A stretch of DNA of 64,000 bases. It comes from Podarcis bocagei. Its lineage: Eukaryota. The first letter of the stretch is position 1. Every line of letters begins with the position of its first letter. A program made the position numbers and the translations under genes. This document shows positions 24,738-36,130 of this stretch, in pieces. The notes under the pieces were generated by a model. That model did not search any database and was not told the DNA's origin. It worked only from the letters and a program-made list of their open reading frames with translations. Where the stretch lies: assembly GCA_964188305.1 (NCBI GenBank), contig OZ076889.1, one strand, 5' to 3'.

Positions 24738-24992
24738 CCCTCCAAGTGTCCCTATTTCCCAGGGACGTCCCTGATTTATAGAAGCCATCCTGGTTTCTGA
24801 TTTGATCCCGGAATGTCCCACTTTTCTTAGGATGTCGCTATTTTCATTGGAGGGTATGACATTATCTGATCCCCCAAGCTGTCTGAAGGCAATCCTCTAT
24901 AGGGAAGTTTTTTTTATGTTTATATATACTGTATGTTAGAAGCTGCCCAGAGTGGCTGGGGCAACCCAGTAAGATGTGTGGGGGTATAAATA
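24738..24992 (+). mobile_element. Unclassified interspersed repeat joined to an L2-like 3' end
   Basis: Repeated TGTCCC(T/A)ATTT-type motifs after CCCTCCAAG, followed by the GAAGCTGCCCAGAGTGGCTGGGG tail motif. Confidence 0.5.
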
Positions 24993-25053
24993 TATTTTAA
25001 CTTCAAAAGAGCTGTGGGGGTTTGGGTCAGATCAGAGATTTGGCACTGGCAAA

Positions 25054-25280
25054 TTGAAATTGAAATACTTTATTGTCACTTGTACAACTTGTATACAATG
25101 AGATTACATGAGCACCCCCCCCCCCCACTCAGCTCTCTTAGTCCTAATTCTCATCGTTTACTGATGCACACCCACCAAACCCGAAAGTCGGTTGCCCTGT
25201 TGTTATCTTTTCATTCAGCAGCCTAACAGTCCATGGATAGAAGCTGTTCTTTACCCTGTTGGTGCAACTAATCATGCTTC
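25054..25280 (-). mobile_element. Rex1/Babar-like LINE 3' fragment
   Basis: ATTGAAATTGAA tail plus TTCAGCAGCCTAACAGTCCATGGATAGAAGCTGTTC; the reverse complement reads NSFYPWTVRLLN, like Rex1/Babar ORF ends. Confidence 0.6.
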
Positions 25281-27218
25281 TATATCTTCCGCCTGAGGGC
25301 CTATTATTACATTCTTTAAATTTCCATATTGCCCTTCATCTGAAGATCACAGGGCGGTTTACAATATAAAAACACATGCATTTGTATTGATCTAAGTAAT
25401 ACATTTCCAAAAATGCTGTTATTTGTTCTGGGAGAGGGGAGAATACAGGCAACATGATACATGTACCTGAATGCTTTCCCTCATGAGGCAAATGGGGGAA
25501 GAAGGGTATATAGATTTAGACTGGGAATGGGGGGGGGGACACATGGGGAAGATGTAAACGCTCCCTTTCTCAGCACTTCCTCACTGATTCAATTTGCACA
25601 CACCCACACCCAAAAAAATTTGGTTTGAACAACAACTCCATGTTTCTAATCTAGCTTTCACCTACAGTAAATGCATGATGCATGGCAATTGCATTTGTTA
25701 TATGTGTACAAATGTTTGCATTGTAAACACCACAAAGTGTGAAGGAGAAACATGTGAAGGAAGAGGTGAGTAGTGGACTTCTGCCAGGGAACCCTAATCC
25801 AGCCACAGCTGCCATGCACTGTATGCATTATCTACAGGCTTTTTGCTTCACACTTTCCAGTGCTCATTGCCACAAAGACTGGTGTATACACAACAAAGTG
25901 TTGGCCATGTGATGTAAGAACTGACTCACCTCAGAATCACTCAGGGAAGGCACCTCTCCCATGGAATCATTATACATGGCTGGCTCAACTGCATAAACAA
26001 CCCAGACAATTATTTAAGATACCGATATTTTTATGGCTACTAAGGCTGCGTATTAACTGAGAGGCATGTCCCAGGGTCCCCTGCAGGGTCACAGTGGGTT
26101 CTAAAAAGCAAAGGTAGCTGTGTTGATCCAAAAGAAAAAACCTGCAAAGATGAGCGATAGCTTTCTTGGAACCCATCCAAATGTCACCGAAGTGTGGCAA
26201 ACTTCTGTAAGTCTTAATCAAGCACACAAAGCAGAGGGGGGTGATGGGGCAAGGAAAAATCAACTAGTAAAAAATTAGACAGATGAAAGCTGGAGTTACT
26301 GAGAGGCTGACTAGAGGTAGGCTACAGCCACTCATTTAGCACAATAGATTCCTGAGGATGATGGATGATGAATTATCGCTGCTGAAATCCAAGAGCTAGA
26401 TCAGTGTGCCAAAGAGGTGCGAGTCCTGCATGCATTGTTCATTTATTGGCCTTTTTGTAAATCTGGACATAGTCTGAGTCAGAGAGTTGAGTATCAGCAG
26501 AACGTCCTCTTCCAATTAGTTCGCTGAGCTTAGTTAGGAAGGATAGCTACTCCCAGGGGCTGCACCTGAGCTCTCTAACATTTTGTTAACAATTACAACT
26601 ATGGGACTCGGCTTATCACCCACAGAGCAGCCTCTGCTTACTTCCATTAAGTTAAAAGGCTCCTGCTGGGATGCTTTTCTGAGAGACACCTGGAGTAGAC
26701 TAAGTTAGCAACAAGATATGATGAGAAAATTAATGGAACCTATTTGCACATTGATTGATTCATCACTGTGCCTTTATCTATTCTGTTGATCATAACTTCC
26801 TGGCTTTAAGAAACACAGGAATTTTGTCTCATTTAAAATAATTATTTGCTTAGTAGAATATATATAAGACATGGATTTAGAGGAGAGGGAAGAAGAAGAG
26901 AGCTGCTTAGGGAAGCAAAGTTCTCTGATAGCAGGAAAGTGTGGGCCCTTTTCACCATTGTATGTGTTGTGAAGTACTAAGGATAACAAACACAGCACAC
27001 CTAAGACAACTGGCTGCCCAAAGGACACGTCTGCACCTTCCCCACCCTCTTATTTCAGTGCTGGTAACAGGACATTGTCCTCCACTGGGCTTGAGGGCAG
27101 TAGGCTAGTTAGGAGATACAGGGCAGGATGCATGGTGCACTCTGCTTCCAACAGAGATAATAGTATTTTATTTTAATCTTTTGTTGGAAGCCACCCAGAG
27201 TGGCTGGGGTAACCCAGC

Positions 27219-27378
27219 NNNNNNNNNNNNNNNNNNNNNNNNNNNNNNNNNNNNNNNNNNNNNNNNNNNNNNNNNNNNNNNNNNNNNNNNNNNNNNNNNN
27301 NNNNNNNNNNNNNNNNNNNNNNNNNNNNNNNNNNNNNNNNNNNNNNNNNNNNNNNNNNNNNNNNNNNNNNNNNNNNNN
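27219..27378. other. Assembly gap (160 N)
   Basis: Run of N that starts inside an L2-like 3' end and ends at CA repeats. Confidence 1.
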
Positions 27379-28797
27379 CAAACACACACCTCTGCCACCT
27401 AACACAATCACTTCACTCTCTGGGTTGGTCCTGTGAGCAGCGCATGAACCTTTGAATGTGCAAAGCTATTGTCTGACTATTGGCGAGGCAACCCACAAAT
27501 TGACCAGTTTCAAGAAGGAGAAATAGCAGGGATGGGTACAACTCAGAAGCAATCACCAGAAAACAAACACAACAGAGCTGTTTTCCAACTGCCACTTCTC
27601 CCCCACGTCACCCCCTCACAATTACAGCAATTGCAGCCTTTCAGAGAAAGTACTAAATAAAAGAACAAGATCTTATAAGAGACCATAGTTTTTACACTTC
27701 ACAATTTGAAAGAACAAAATATGTTCCTAGAACAGGGAGTATAGACTCAAAAGATTAAGCAGAGTTGCAAATTATGACCAACTTAAGCCCATCTTTTATA
27801 AACAAAAGAGGTGAATTTAAATTTATAAACTTTAGATTTGCAAAAGGAAGGGATCGGATAATGGTGATTCCCCGAGTTAAGTCCCTATAATTCTATCCTA
27901 CTTCTCCTCTTCTGCCCCATTTTCCTTCCCTTCCCTATTTGGGCAGTGATTTCCTTCTCCCCTTTTATGCAGGATGATAATACGGCGATGATTCTTTTTC
28001 TTCTTGGTTCTGGACATTCCTGCTGAGAAAGGGGTGAAGTGGAGAGTTGCACATGCCAAATAAACCTTGGACTTTTTCTTATGTGCTCTCTTCTTGAAAG
28101 CATCAGTAAATCCCAGAGAAGCTGTAAGGCATTATAATGTTGTTTAATCAAACTTAATTACTTCCTAGTTTTTATGTCCTCTTAGCGACATCCAGCTTGA
28201 CATCTGCTTGAAAATACCATTTAATGTGAAACAGCACATTAAAGCCCTAAACACCACCCAGTAATCATGGCCCTAATCTTCTAGGTGGCAGTTAGATGGT
28301 TGCCTGCATAGACTGATCCTGAGTGCACAGTTTCAAGATTCAGTTGTCTCAAGATTCATTGTGGCAGGAAATCTGATTTTGTTGTGGAAGCTTTCCAGCA
28401 GGTAAGACACCTGAGAGCATGGAGTTGTGTTTCCAGAGAGACAAAACACAGGCTGAATAACAAATGAGAACCATGTCGCTGTCTGTCTTAACTACCTAGA
28501 TAATTGCTAATCTCACCTTTTGTCAGAAGCAGGTCATTGCCTATATCAGAGGTCATGTGGTTTGTGAGTGAACACAGTTGGCTGGAGAAGAGGTGAGTGG
28601 TCCAACCCTCCAGCATCTAGCCATGATGAGGCCTTTTAGTTTTTTGTGCTCAGCGTGGAGTGTGATGAGGGATTTTTGTGATGAGCCACGACTGGATTCT
28701 TGTTGTTTCTGTACCTTGTACATAGTAATAGCTTGCCCCAACTGCTTAAAGTGGACTTCAGTTGAAGGTGCTGAATAATACTAAACCTTATCACATT

Positions 28798-28979
28798 CAG
28801 GTAGGTAGCCGTGTTGGTCTGAAATAAATAAAAAACTTTAAAAATTGTCCAGTAGCACCTTAGAGACCAACTAAGTTTGTTCTAGGTATAAGCTTTCGTG
28901 TGTATGCACACTTCTTCAGATCGGGACTACTGGACAATTTTTTAATTTATTTCGACTGCATCAGACCAACACGGCTACT
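28798..28979. mobile_element. Penelope-like element terminus in inverted arrangement
   Basis: 10-bp TSD TTATCACATT (28788-28797 and 28980-28989). Inverted arms GTAGCCGTGTTGGTCTG / CAGACCAACACGGCTAC and AAAAATTGTCCAGTAG / CTACTGGACAATTTTT. Confidence 0.8.
28885..28921 (-). ncRNA. Minimal type I hammerhead ribozyme motif (Penelope-associated), helix I truncated
   Basis: Minus strand reads AT-CTGAAGA-A-GTGTG-CATA-CACAC-GAAA-GC-TT-ATACC: CUGANGA and GAAA core boxes, a 5-bp helix II, and palindromic AAGCTT at helix III. Confidence 0.7.
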
Positions 28980-29269
28980 TTATCACATTATTTCACAGGG
29001 ACCAGGTCTCTCCTAAAGAATTGCTTTACGAACCATGTATCTTTGTTAAGGCGTTTAAGCTCTGTTAAGCCAACCCAGCAGCTGCCAGTATCTTATTTCA
29101 TTAGTAATTAGGTTCAACAATACCTTTTGTCACTAAATCTTGTTTACTTTTATTAATTTCAATGTCCTGCATTTAGTTCTGTTGGACAGTACACCTATCC
29201 TCTCACAAATTTGGGCCTAGTTAGACTTGGTAGCATGAAATTGGTCTAACCCCCCCCCCAGGGCATTTC

Positions 29270-29585
29270 CAGTAGGTGACAGCCTATAACAAATCAGACA
29301 AGGAGTGAACAAATGACACCTTGATGTTGTAAGGGATATTATCATGGTCCTGGGATAGTATTGTTGCAGGGTCTGATTGACTATTGTTGCTCGTGAGAGT
29401 AGCTGTTTTAAATTAGGGAGCCATCTGTAAGCAAGGACAGACCTCATACTCAAGCACCATGAGAAGGGTGTCTCATTGTCTAGGGTGGGTTATAGAGCAC
29501 TGATGATACATTGGAATGCTTTAGGTGGAGCTGTGAGCGAAAAGAAATGGTGTTATGTTGCTTTCTCTCTTGGGTATGTCCTGAA
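29270..29585 (-). mobile_element. Decayed Penelope-like retroelement ORF fragment (RT to GIY-YIG linker)
   Basis: Minus strand QDIPKRESNITP ... RSVLAYRWLPNLKQLLS resembles Penelope QDKPKKENNRTP ... RPVLAYRQPPNLKQIL. Confidence 0.65.
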
Positions 29586-30312
29586 AAGGAAAAAAAAAAG
29601 TGAGAAGCGTGAGAAGAGCCCTGATGGTTCAGTCAGATGACCACTGTCAAGAATTCTGCTCCCACAGTGGCCAACCAGATGACTATGGGAAGCTGGCAGC
29701 AAAAGTCCTCTTCCATTTGTTGTAGTAGGAAATGTTGAAAATGTTTCCCTTAATCCTAACAGAATTTAGTGGATTAAGTCTCTTTCCATATGTTATCTCA
29801 GGCAGCTTTAGAAACTAATGCAATTTCTAGAGCCAATTTCTTGGTCGGCTTTGAGGACTGCCTTATATGCTGTTCATACTGTATTATCCTTGGAGGATTG
29901 AATTATTTCCTTGAGTGCAGGGTAGCAGAGCTAACACAGTTGAGAGGAAAATCCAAATCCCTTCATTTTCACCAGTTCTTCATATTGCTTATGATTATGA
30001 TTGGGGGGAGGGGATGGCACCTCTGTTGTGTCCTTATTTTTAAAATTCTGATAGGGAAACACAACACCTGACATTTTATCATCTAGTGAAGTAGTCTTCA
30101 TATGCCAGGAATAGGAGGACATGTTGAAGTATTTATGAGAAATATGCAAATACCAAATACAATTGGTTTTTTTAAATGGTGGCAATCAGTCCAAGCTGAA
30201 CATAAGAAAAGTCCACTTGGTCTTCTTGTGTCATGTGCAAAATAATGACTGAGCTGTAGTAAAAATATGACCTGTAATTTTGTGGATCAACGTTGCTACA
30301 CAATAATAATGT

Positions 30313-30448
30313 GGAAAGTTCCAGGTTCAATCCCTGGCATCTCCAGTTAGGGTTGGAAAAGACTCTTACCTGAAACCTTGAAGAGCCATGTTGGACAACA
30401 CTGAGCTGAATAACAAATGATCTGAATCGGTATAAGGCAGCTTTCCTT
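30313..30448 (+). mobile_element. tRNA-derived squamate SINE with CR1-like tail (Squam2-like), partial
   Basis: B box GGTTCAATCC, then CTGGCATCTCCAG...CTGAGCT...GTATAAGGCAGCTT. Decayed minus-strand relatives at about 34040-34215 and 45995-46255. Confidence 0.6.
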
Positions 30449-30569
30449 ATTCATAAAAAGCTGATGTTATATTCATATGTATTAAAAGAGCAGCTGTTTC
30501 CAAGACTCAAGAAGCAATAATGACACATAGCATTCATGGGAGATTCAACTGCAAAAGTCGTTGAACTGA

Positions 30570-30920
30570 CATTAGAAAGGATTTAGAAATGATATACAAG
30601 AGAGACAAAGAATCCAGAAGGCAAATTATCTGAGGAAATGTGGGAGAAATTATGCATTTTTTTAGTCCAGAAAAGAAAACTGAGGGAAACAGTATGAGTT
30701 TTCAGGCAGAGTTGTTCACTCCGAGAAAAGGGCAATATGTAAGGGTTAATTTATGTGAAGCATTAGGATCAACTTTCTAACTGTAAGAAACTTGATGAGG
30801 GAACATTGGAGGTATTGGCTAAGTAATCTTTAGTTAATGCTTTAATGGTAATGCATTAGGTATAGAATATCCTGGTCTAGGGCAAAAGTTGGACCAGATG
30901 ATTCACTGGACCCCCTTCCT
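30570..30920 (+). mobile_element. Decayed CR1 LINE 3' end
   Basis: Contains tttagtccagaaaagaaaactgaggg and terminal gttggaccagatgattcactggacccccttcc, resembling CR1 3' ends. Confidence 0.5.
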
Positions 30921-31149
30921 TTGGGAAGCAATCGGGAAGCATGATTTCTATGGGCACTTTCCAGCCTATGTTAAGGACTTTAATGCCTGATTTAAACAGC
31001 AGATTTCTCTCATTCTAATATCAAGTAAACTTTGTATATGCTTCTTTTAGGCTGGACTGTGTTCCATTTATGTATTAAATTTCTTAGACACTTCTCCCGA
31101 CACATGCTGATGGTGCCCAGCAATTTGATTTTATCATGTCAAGAATGTG

Positions 31150-31620
31150 TGATTTGCACTGACTGCTGATTAGTTTCCAGGTTCAATTCAGGATATTGGT
31201 ATTAGCCACAAAGCTTTCAATGGATTGGGACGTAGGTCTCTCATGGACTAGCTTTTTCAGCAGGCTTCTCTGCTTCACAAGTTGCAATCATCATCTGAGA
31301 CTCTGCTGCAGGTCCTACAGCCTAATGAGGTGAAGGTAGTGTCAGCTAGGCTTAGGGCTTTCCCCCATGTAGCACCAACCCTATGGAATGTCCTGCCAAG
31401 AGAGAAATGTTAAGCTCCTTCACTGTATTATTTCATGTGTCTGGTGAAGTAATGATTTTGTTATAGGGATTTTGGCTTATTAAAAAGCTTTTGTAACGGC
31501 TTAGGTTATATCTATTTATTGACTGTTGGGATTTGTTGATTCGTGGTTTGCTGTATTGGATTTAGTTCAGAGTGTTCTTGTATTATTATTTAATATGTTG
31601 AATGGCCTTTCGTTTATTTG
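31150..31620 (+). mobile_element. Decayed L2 LINE 3' portion
   Basis: Broken translation LH*LLISFQVQFRILVL...KAFNGLG...RAFPHVAPTLWNVLP matches the L2 ORF2 C-terminal LHWLP...RAFS.APxLWN.LP pattern. Confidence 0.7.
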
Positions 31621-32998
31621 GAAAATAACATGTGGTGAATGCTGCTAACAGTGACAATCTTTTAAAAACCAGTATAGAAGCAAAGTTGAAATATAATAAA
31701 TATACTAGCATATTCAAAAGAGCCCAGCAGAAATATTAGCAAATGAAAATGCTTTTAGTTGCTGGTGGAAACTATTTAATGAAGGGGACACTCTTATCTC
31801 TCAAGGGAGTTGTGGATCTAAAATGAAATTGTGAAAGACCTACTTGTAATGGATAATCTAGTTAATCACAAAAGCATGGTTAACTCAACAACTGACACAA
31901 AGAGCGCAGACTGACTACATAAAGATCATCAAAAAATTCAGGTCAGCTGCTTGCATGTCAATGTTTAATGAGGAGATGGCAGGCTCCACAGTTTCAGTGT
32001 CACACTGAATCTAAAACTGAGATGTTTGCATCTTGCATTATGTCCAAAGTACAACCGTACAGTATAAAACTAAAAAAGAGCACTTGGAACAATTCTAATT
32101 TAAACCAAAACAAATGCAAGGCACTAGCTCAGAAAAACACACACAGCAGACTCTTAACAGTGAAGGAACAATTGTTGGACTCAACTCAATGCTGTCAATC
32201 TTTAATAACTACGCTGAAAAAAGAGGTGGTGCTTAAGTAATAGAAATATTTTGAAGGAAACTCTGTGAATGCTAAGTAACACCAACAAATATGTAAGAAA
32301 AGCGAAGGAAGAGTGTAAGGAAGAAAGCTGAGAAATTTAAAGTGACAACATTAAACTTTAATGCTCTGAAAGATATAGGATGAGAGTATCATAGAAAGTG
32401 GCTACTCTCACATGAATTTTTATGGGCTGGGCCTTTGTAGTGAAGGCACCATATTTGTGAAATAAACTCCCGGGGGGGGGGGAATCTGCTATGCTCCCTT
32501 TTTCTATTTTTAGACACCAAGGAAACTTCATTCCAATTGGAAGCAAAGGGTAATTCCTGACAGCATAATATCTATTTATTTAACAAACAGAATTTGTATA
32601 CTGCGTAACATATGCAACTGTTTTGAGTTGCAATAGTAGTTATACAAATATGCATTCCTTGCCAGGCTGCGCAAAGATTCCACAGGATTCCACAAAGCAT
32701 GTAAACTGATGTACAAGCTAACCTATGCTGAAGACCAGTTGTTTATCAGAGAAGGATAGAGTGCATGTTCACTCTTATAAATTTCAAAAACTGATTAATG
32801 CAATGCTCTGTTGCTCAGTCCTATCTGTTCACTCACCCCTTTCTTAGGTCTCAAATTATTCAGCTCATTTAATCTATTCCACTTGTTGCGTTGCTATAAT
32901 TTAATTCTTGATTTAAACTTGACTTCTTATTGCTTTCTATTTAAATGTTGTCTATTGAATTTCAAAAGTTTAATTATCTCTGTCCTACTCATTTAGCC

Positions 32999-33478
32999 CA
33001 GTGTTTCCCAACCACTGTTCCGTGGCACACTAGTGTGCCGCGAGATATTGCCTGGTGTGCCGCGAGATGTTGCCTGGAGGGAGGCGGGCGAGTCGGGTGG
33101 CGAGAGGCGGGGCAGCGAGGAGAGGCCGCCCAGCGCGGGGCTCTCGCCGTCTGCCTGCCTGGCTGCCTGCAAGCTCGGCGGGCAGCGCCTCCGTCCACAG
33201 CGCCCGCCTCGCAGCTCTCATTCCCTGCCCCTGCCAAAGCTCACCCAGCCAAGCCGCGCTCTCCTTCCTGCCTCGCTTTGCTGCCTCCTCCCCCCCCACC
33301 CCCAAAGCTTGGAGGTTCCCCGGCAAGGGGGAGGGAAAAAAATTGAAACTTACACTTTCGTGCGTCCCTCCTGGCGTGACGCTGCGCGCTGACGTCACGG
33401 GGCTGTAATGGTGGTGTGCCTTGAGATTTTTTTCATCAAACAAGTGTGCCTTTGCCCAAAAAAGGTTGGGAAACACTG
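32999..33478 (+). mobile_element. Non-autonomous hAT MITE, copy A (CAGTGTTTCCCAACC termini)
   Basis: 15-bp TIR CAGTGTTTCCCAACC / GGTTGGGAAACACTG. 8-bp TSD ATTTAGCC (32991-32998 and 33479-33486). Subterminal GTGTGCC repeats. Confidence 0.93.
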
Positions 33479-34799
33479 ATTTAGCCGTTCATCCCCTTCT
33501 CTTCCCTTTCTTGCTTTTTTGGTTTCTCCATTTCCCAACTGTACCATTTTTTCTTGGTTGTTCTCTTCTTTTTGTTGTGCTTTACCCCTTTACCTATTCC
33601 ACTCAACTGTTGGTGAATTTAGATGTCCAATTAAAAACTTCATAAATTTTCTTTAACTGATCTCACACCTTCACCATTTCCCTTCACGCATCCTTTTCCT
33701 TAATATGTCTTGTCTTAGAATTGTAAGCCTGCATCTTTTCATTTTGTTTTATATACAACTAGTTTATATAGGTGCTTTAGAAATAATAGGATAATGCTGC
33801 TTGACAGTTCACAGCAGGTGATGAACATGATGCAAAACCGAGTGGTGTTGGTTTGTTATAGTTGCTTTTTTATTGACATCAGGAGTAAACTGGTAGAAAG
33901 CAAGCACTGCTGCAGAAAGAAGCATTAAGTATGAGATTATTTGGCTTAACAAAGTCTTATAAAGGTAGCATGAATCTAGCTAAATATGAAGTGCTGGAAA
34001 ATCCCTAACTAGAGGAAAACCTTTCAAACTGAGAGATCAAGTAACCATGGCAGTTCATTGAGTAGATAGAATATGGTCTATCTGACAGGCAGGAGCTCTT
34101 GCAGGATTTCAAGTAGAATCCTTTCTCAGTCCTGTTACCTGAGTTTTTAAATAGACACCAGTGATTGAACCTTCAGCATTCAAAGCATAAGATCTACACT
34201 AAACTATGCCCCATTAATGGATTGCTAACTTCTGTGTTATTTTGCCCTACTCATTCAACAGGATGTTTGAATCCTTTAGGAAGCCATTGGCTCCAATCTG
34301 CTGCCCCACATTTACACCTGATAGCCTACATTTCTCCTCAAACCCTAATCTATTTGGAAATTCCCGCATTTGCTTTCTAGCTGCTATTTTTATTTGTCTC
34401 AGCTTTTGGGGGATCTCATTTTACTGAGATGCAGGTAAGTAGTTTGTCTCCCTCCCTATGGAGAATCTTACTTTTATTATCTATCTTTGGGGGCACCTTT
34501 GTTCTCCTCATTGCACCGCAATTCTACTTTTCAATCAGGCTGCTGCTGCTGTTTCTGTGTGCTTATTAAGGGACTTACAGGCCACGTCCAAAACAGCCCT
34601 TATTCTGCAGGATATTTCTGATACCTGCAGTTGGCAGCAGAGCATAATGTTATTTATCGTTTTAGGAAGAGAATACATCCAAGCCCCAGAAGATGTCTTG
34701 AAAGACATCTCCCCCTACCCTTCTACAGCTCCATTTTGTATATTTAGGCTCTGCCCTACAGCCTCCCCACCCCACCCCTGGAGAGGACCCAAACTAGCA

Positions 34800-36130
34800 T
34801 TTTGCAGGACGGAAGTTCCGCTGGCATGCCTTGCCGCCTCCTTAACCCTCTCCTACTCTTGCTTTAGCTGGGGGAGCCGCCGCTGTTGCTTTTCCGCACA
34901 GGATCAGGTACAAACAAGACTAACCACCCGCTCTCTTTAGCATGTCATGTGGGGATTACGGGGAATCCCAAGGGAAGTTTCCATTGAGCGGTGGGGAAGG
35001 GAATCGTGCCCTGACCCCAACATGCTGCGCTTCAGCTTCCCAGGACAGCCTCTCGGTGACTGTGGGATTGCCAACCCTTTGCCCGCCGCCACCCCCCCCG
35101 GTCAAAGGCGAGTTAAGTTTTCCACGGTACCCACCTTTGGGTTGGGTGGGGAAGCGAGGCTACCTGCAAGCAGCAATGTGCTCTTCGCAAAAGCTTCATC
35201 TGGCCCCGGTCACCCACGGATGCCATTGGCACTTTGCGATTTGCACAAACCTACACGCATTGCCGCATTCGGACGAGAATTTTTCCTCCTAGCGGCTAGC
35301 CTCTCAATCAGCCTACAGTAGGTCGGATGTGCTACGACTGGTCCCTTCTCCTCCCTTCCTGACTTCCTTCCCTTCCCTCTTTCCCAGTGTCTGGGATTCC
35401 AGTCCATACCTTTATTATTCTGCCCCCCGACCCTTCCTAATCTCTGCAGAGGACGCTGGTCCTCCCACGCTATTCCTCAATTGGCTACAGAGGATATGTA
35501 ACGCCCCGCCTAGAGTTAAAGGGGGGAGCGGGGAGAACCGGAGAGGGAAAATAAAAGGATGCGGCCCCACTGATTGGACGGCCCTCGTCCCCCTACGCTC
35601 CTCGCGTCACATGATTGGACAGCTGAGGGCCTCCGTCTTGAGTTGAGGACCCTCCTTGCCTCTGATTGGGCGGCAGGGAGCCCCCCGCGCTCCCGCAGTC
35701 GCTGAGCGCTTTGTGGAGAATGCCCCTCGCCTTTCTCCATTGGCCATCGGAAGTCCCGCCTTGTTGTGCGATTGGTGACCGACGCCCCCCCTCCTGCCCC
35801 TGAGGCCGGCTAGTACTGCCGCCGCTGCCCGGCCCGGCATGGCGGGCGGCGGGGCAGCCAGAACCCGAACCCGGAGGAAGGGCGGCCGGGATCCCCCTGA
35901 TGCTCTGGTGAGGAGATGGGAGGCGGAGGGAGGCGGTATCCGTTCCGGGGTAGTGGTGGTGGTGCAGGAGGAGGAGGAGGAAGCGAGCGAGCGAGTGCTT
36001 CAGTTCTGCATCCAATATCTTTTCTTTGCCCAGGTCAACCTCTCGCCCCGCAGTGATTTTTTCTTATTTACGTCCCTCCCGTCCTGCTCTTCTTTTTCTT
36101 CCTCCTCCTCCACCACCTCACGTGGACCCT
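34800..36130 (+). promoter_or_regulatory. ST3GAL3: CpG island and promoter of ST3GAL3
   Basis: High CpG density without transposon termini. Six ATTGG boxes (35480-35775), ETS CGGAAGT (35748), E2F-like TCCCGCC (35754), E-box GTCACATGA (35606). Lies 6 kb upstream of the first coding exon. Confidence 0.85.
35790..35907 (+). other. ST3GAL3: Putative ST3GAL3 non-coding exon 1 (start approximate)
   Basis: Directly follows the last CCAAT box and ends at the donor CTG|gtgagg. Confidence 0.6.

Noticed and set aside
27109-27436. ORFs containing X runs
   Set aside because: Artefacts of the N gap.
32945-33476. Multi-frame ORFs over the GC-rich patch as a gene or independent CpG island
   Set aside because: The patch is bounded exactly by hAT TIRs and an 8-bp TSD.
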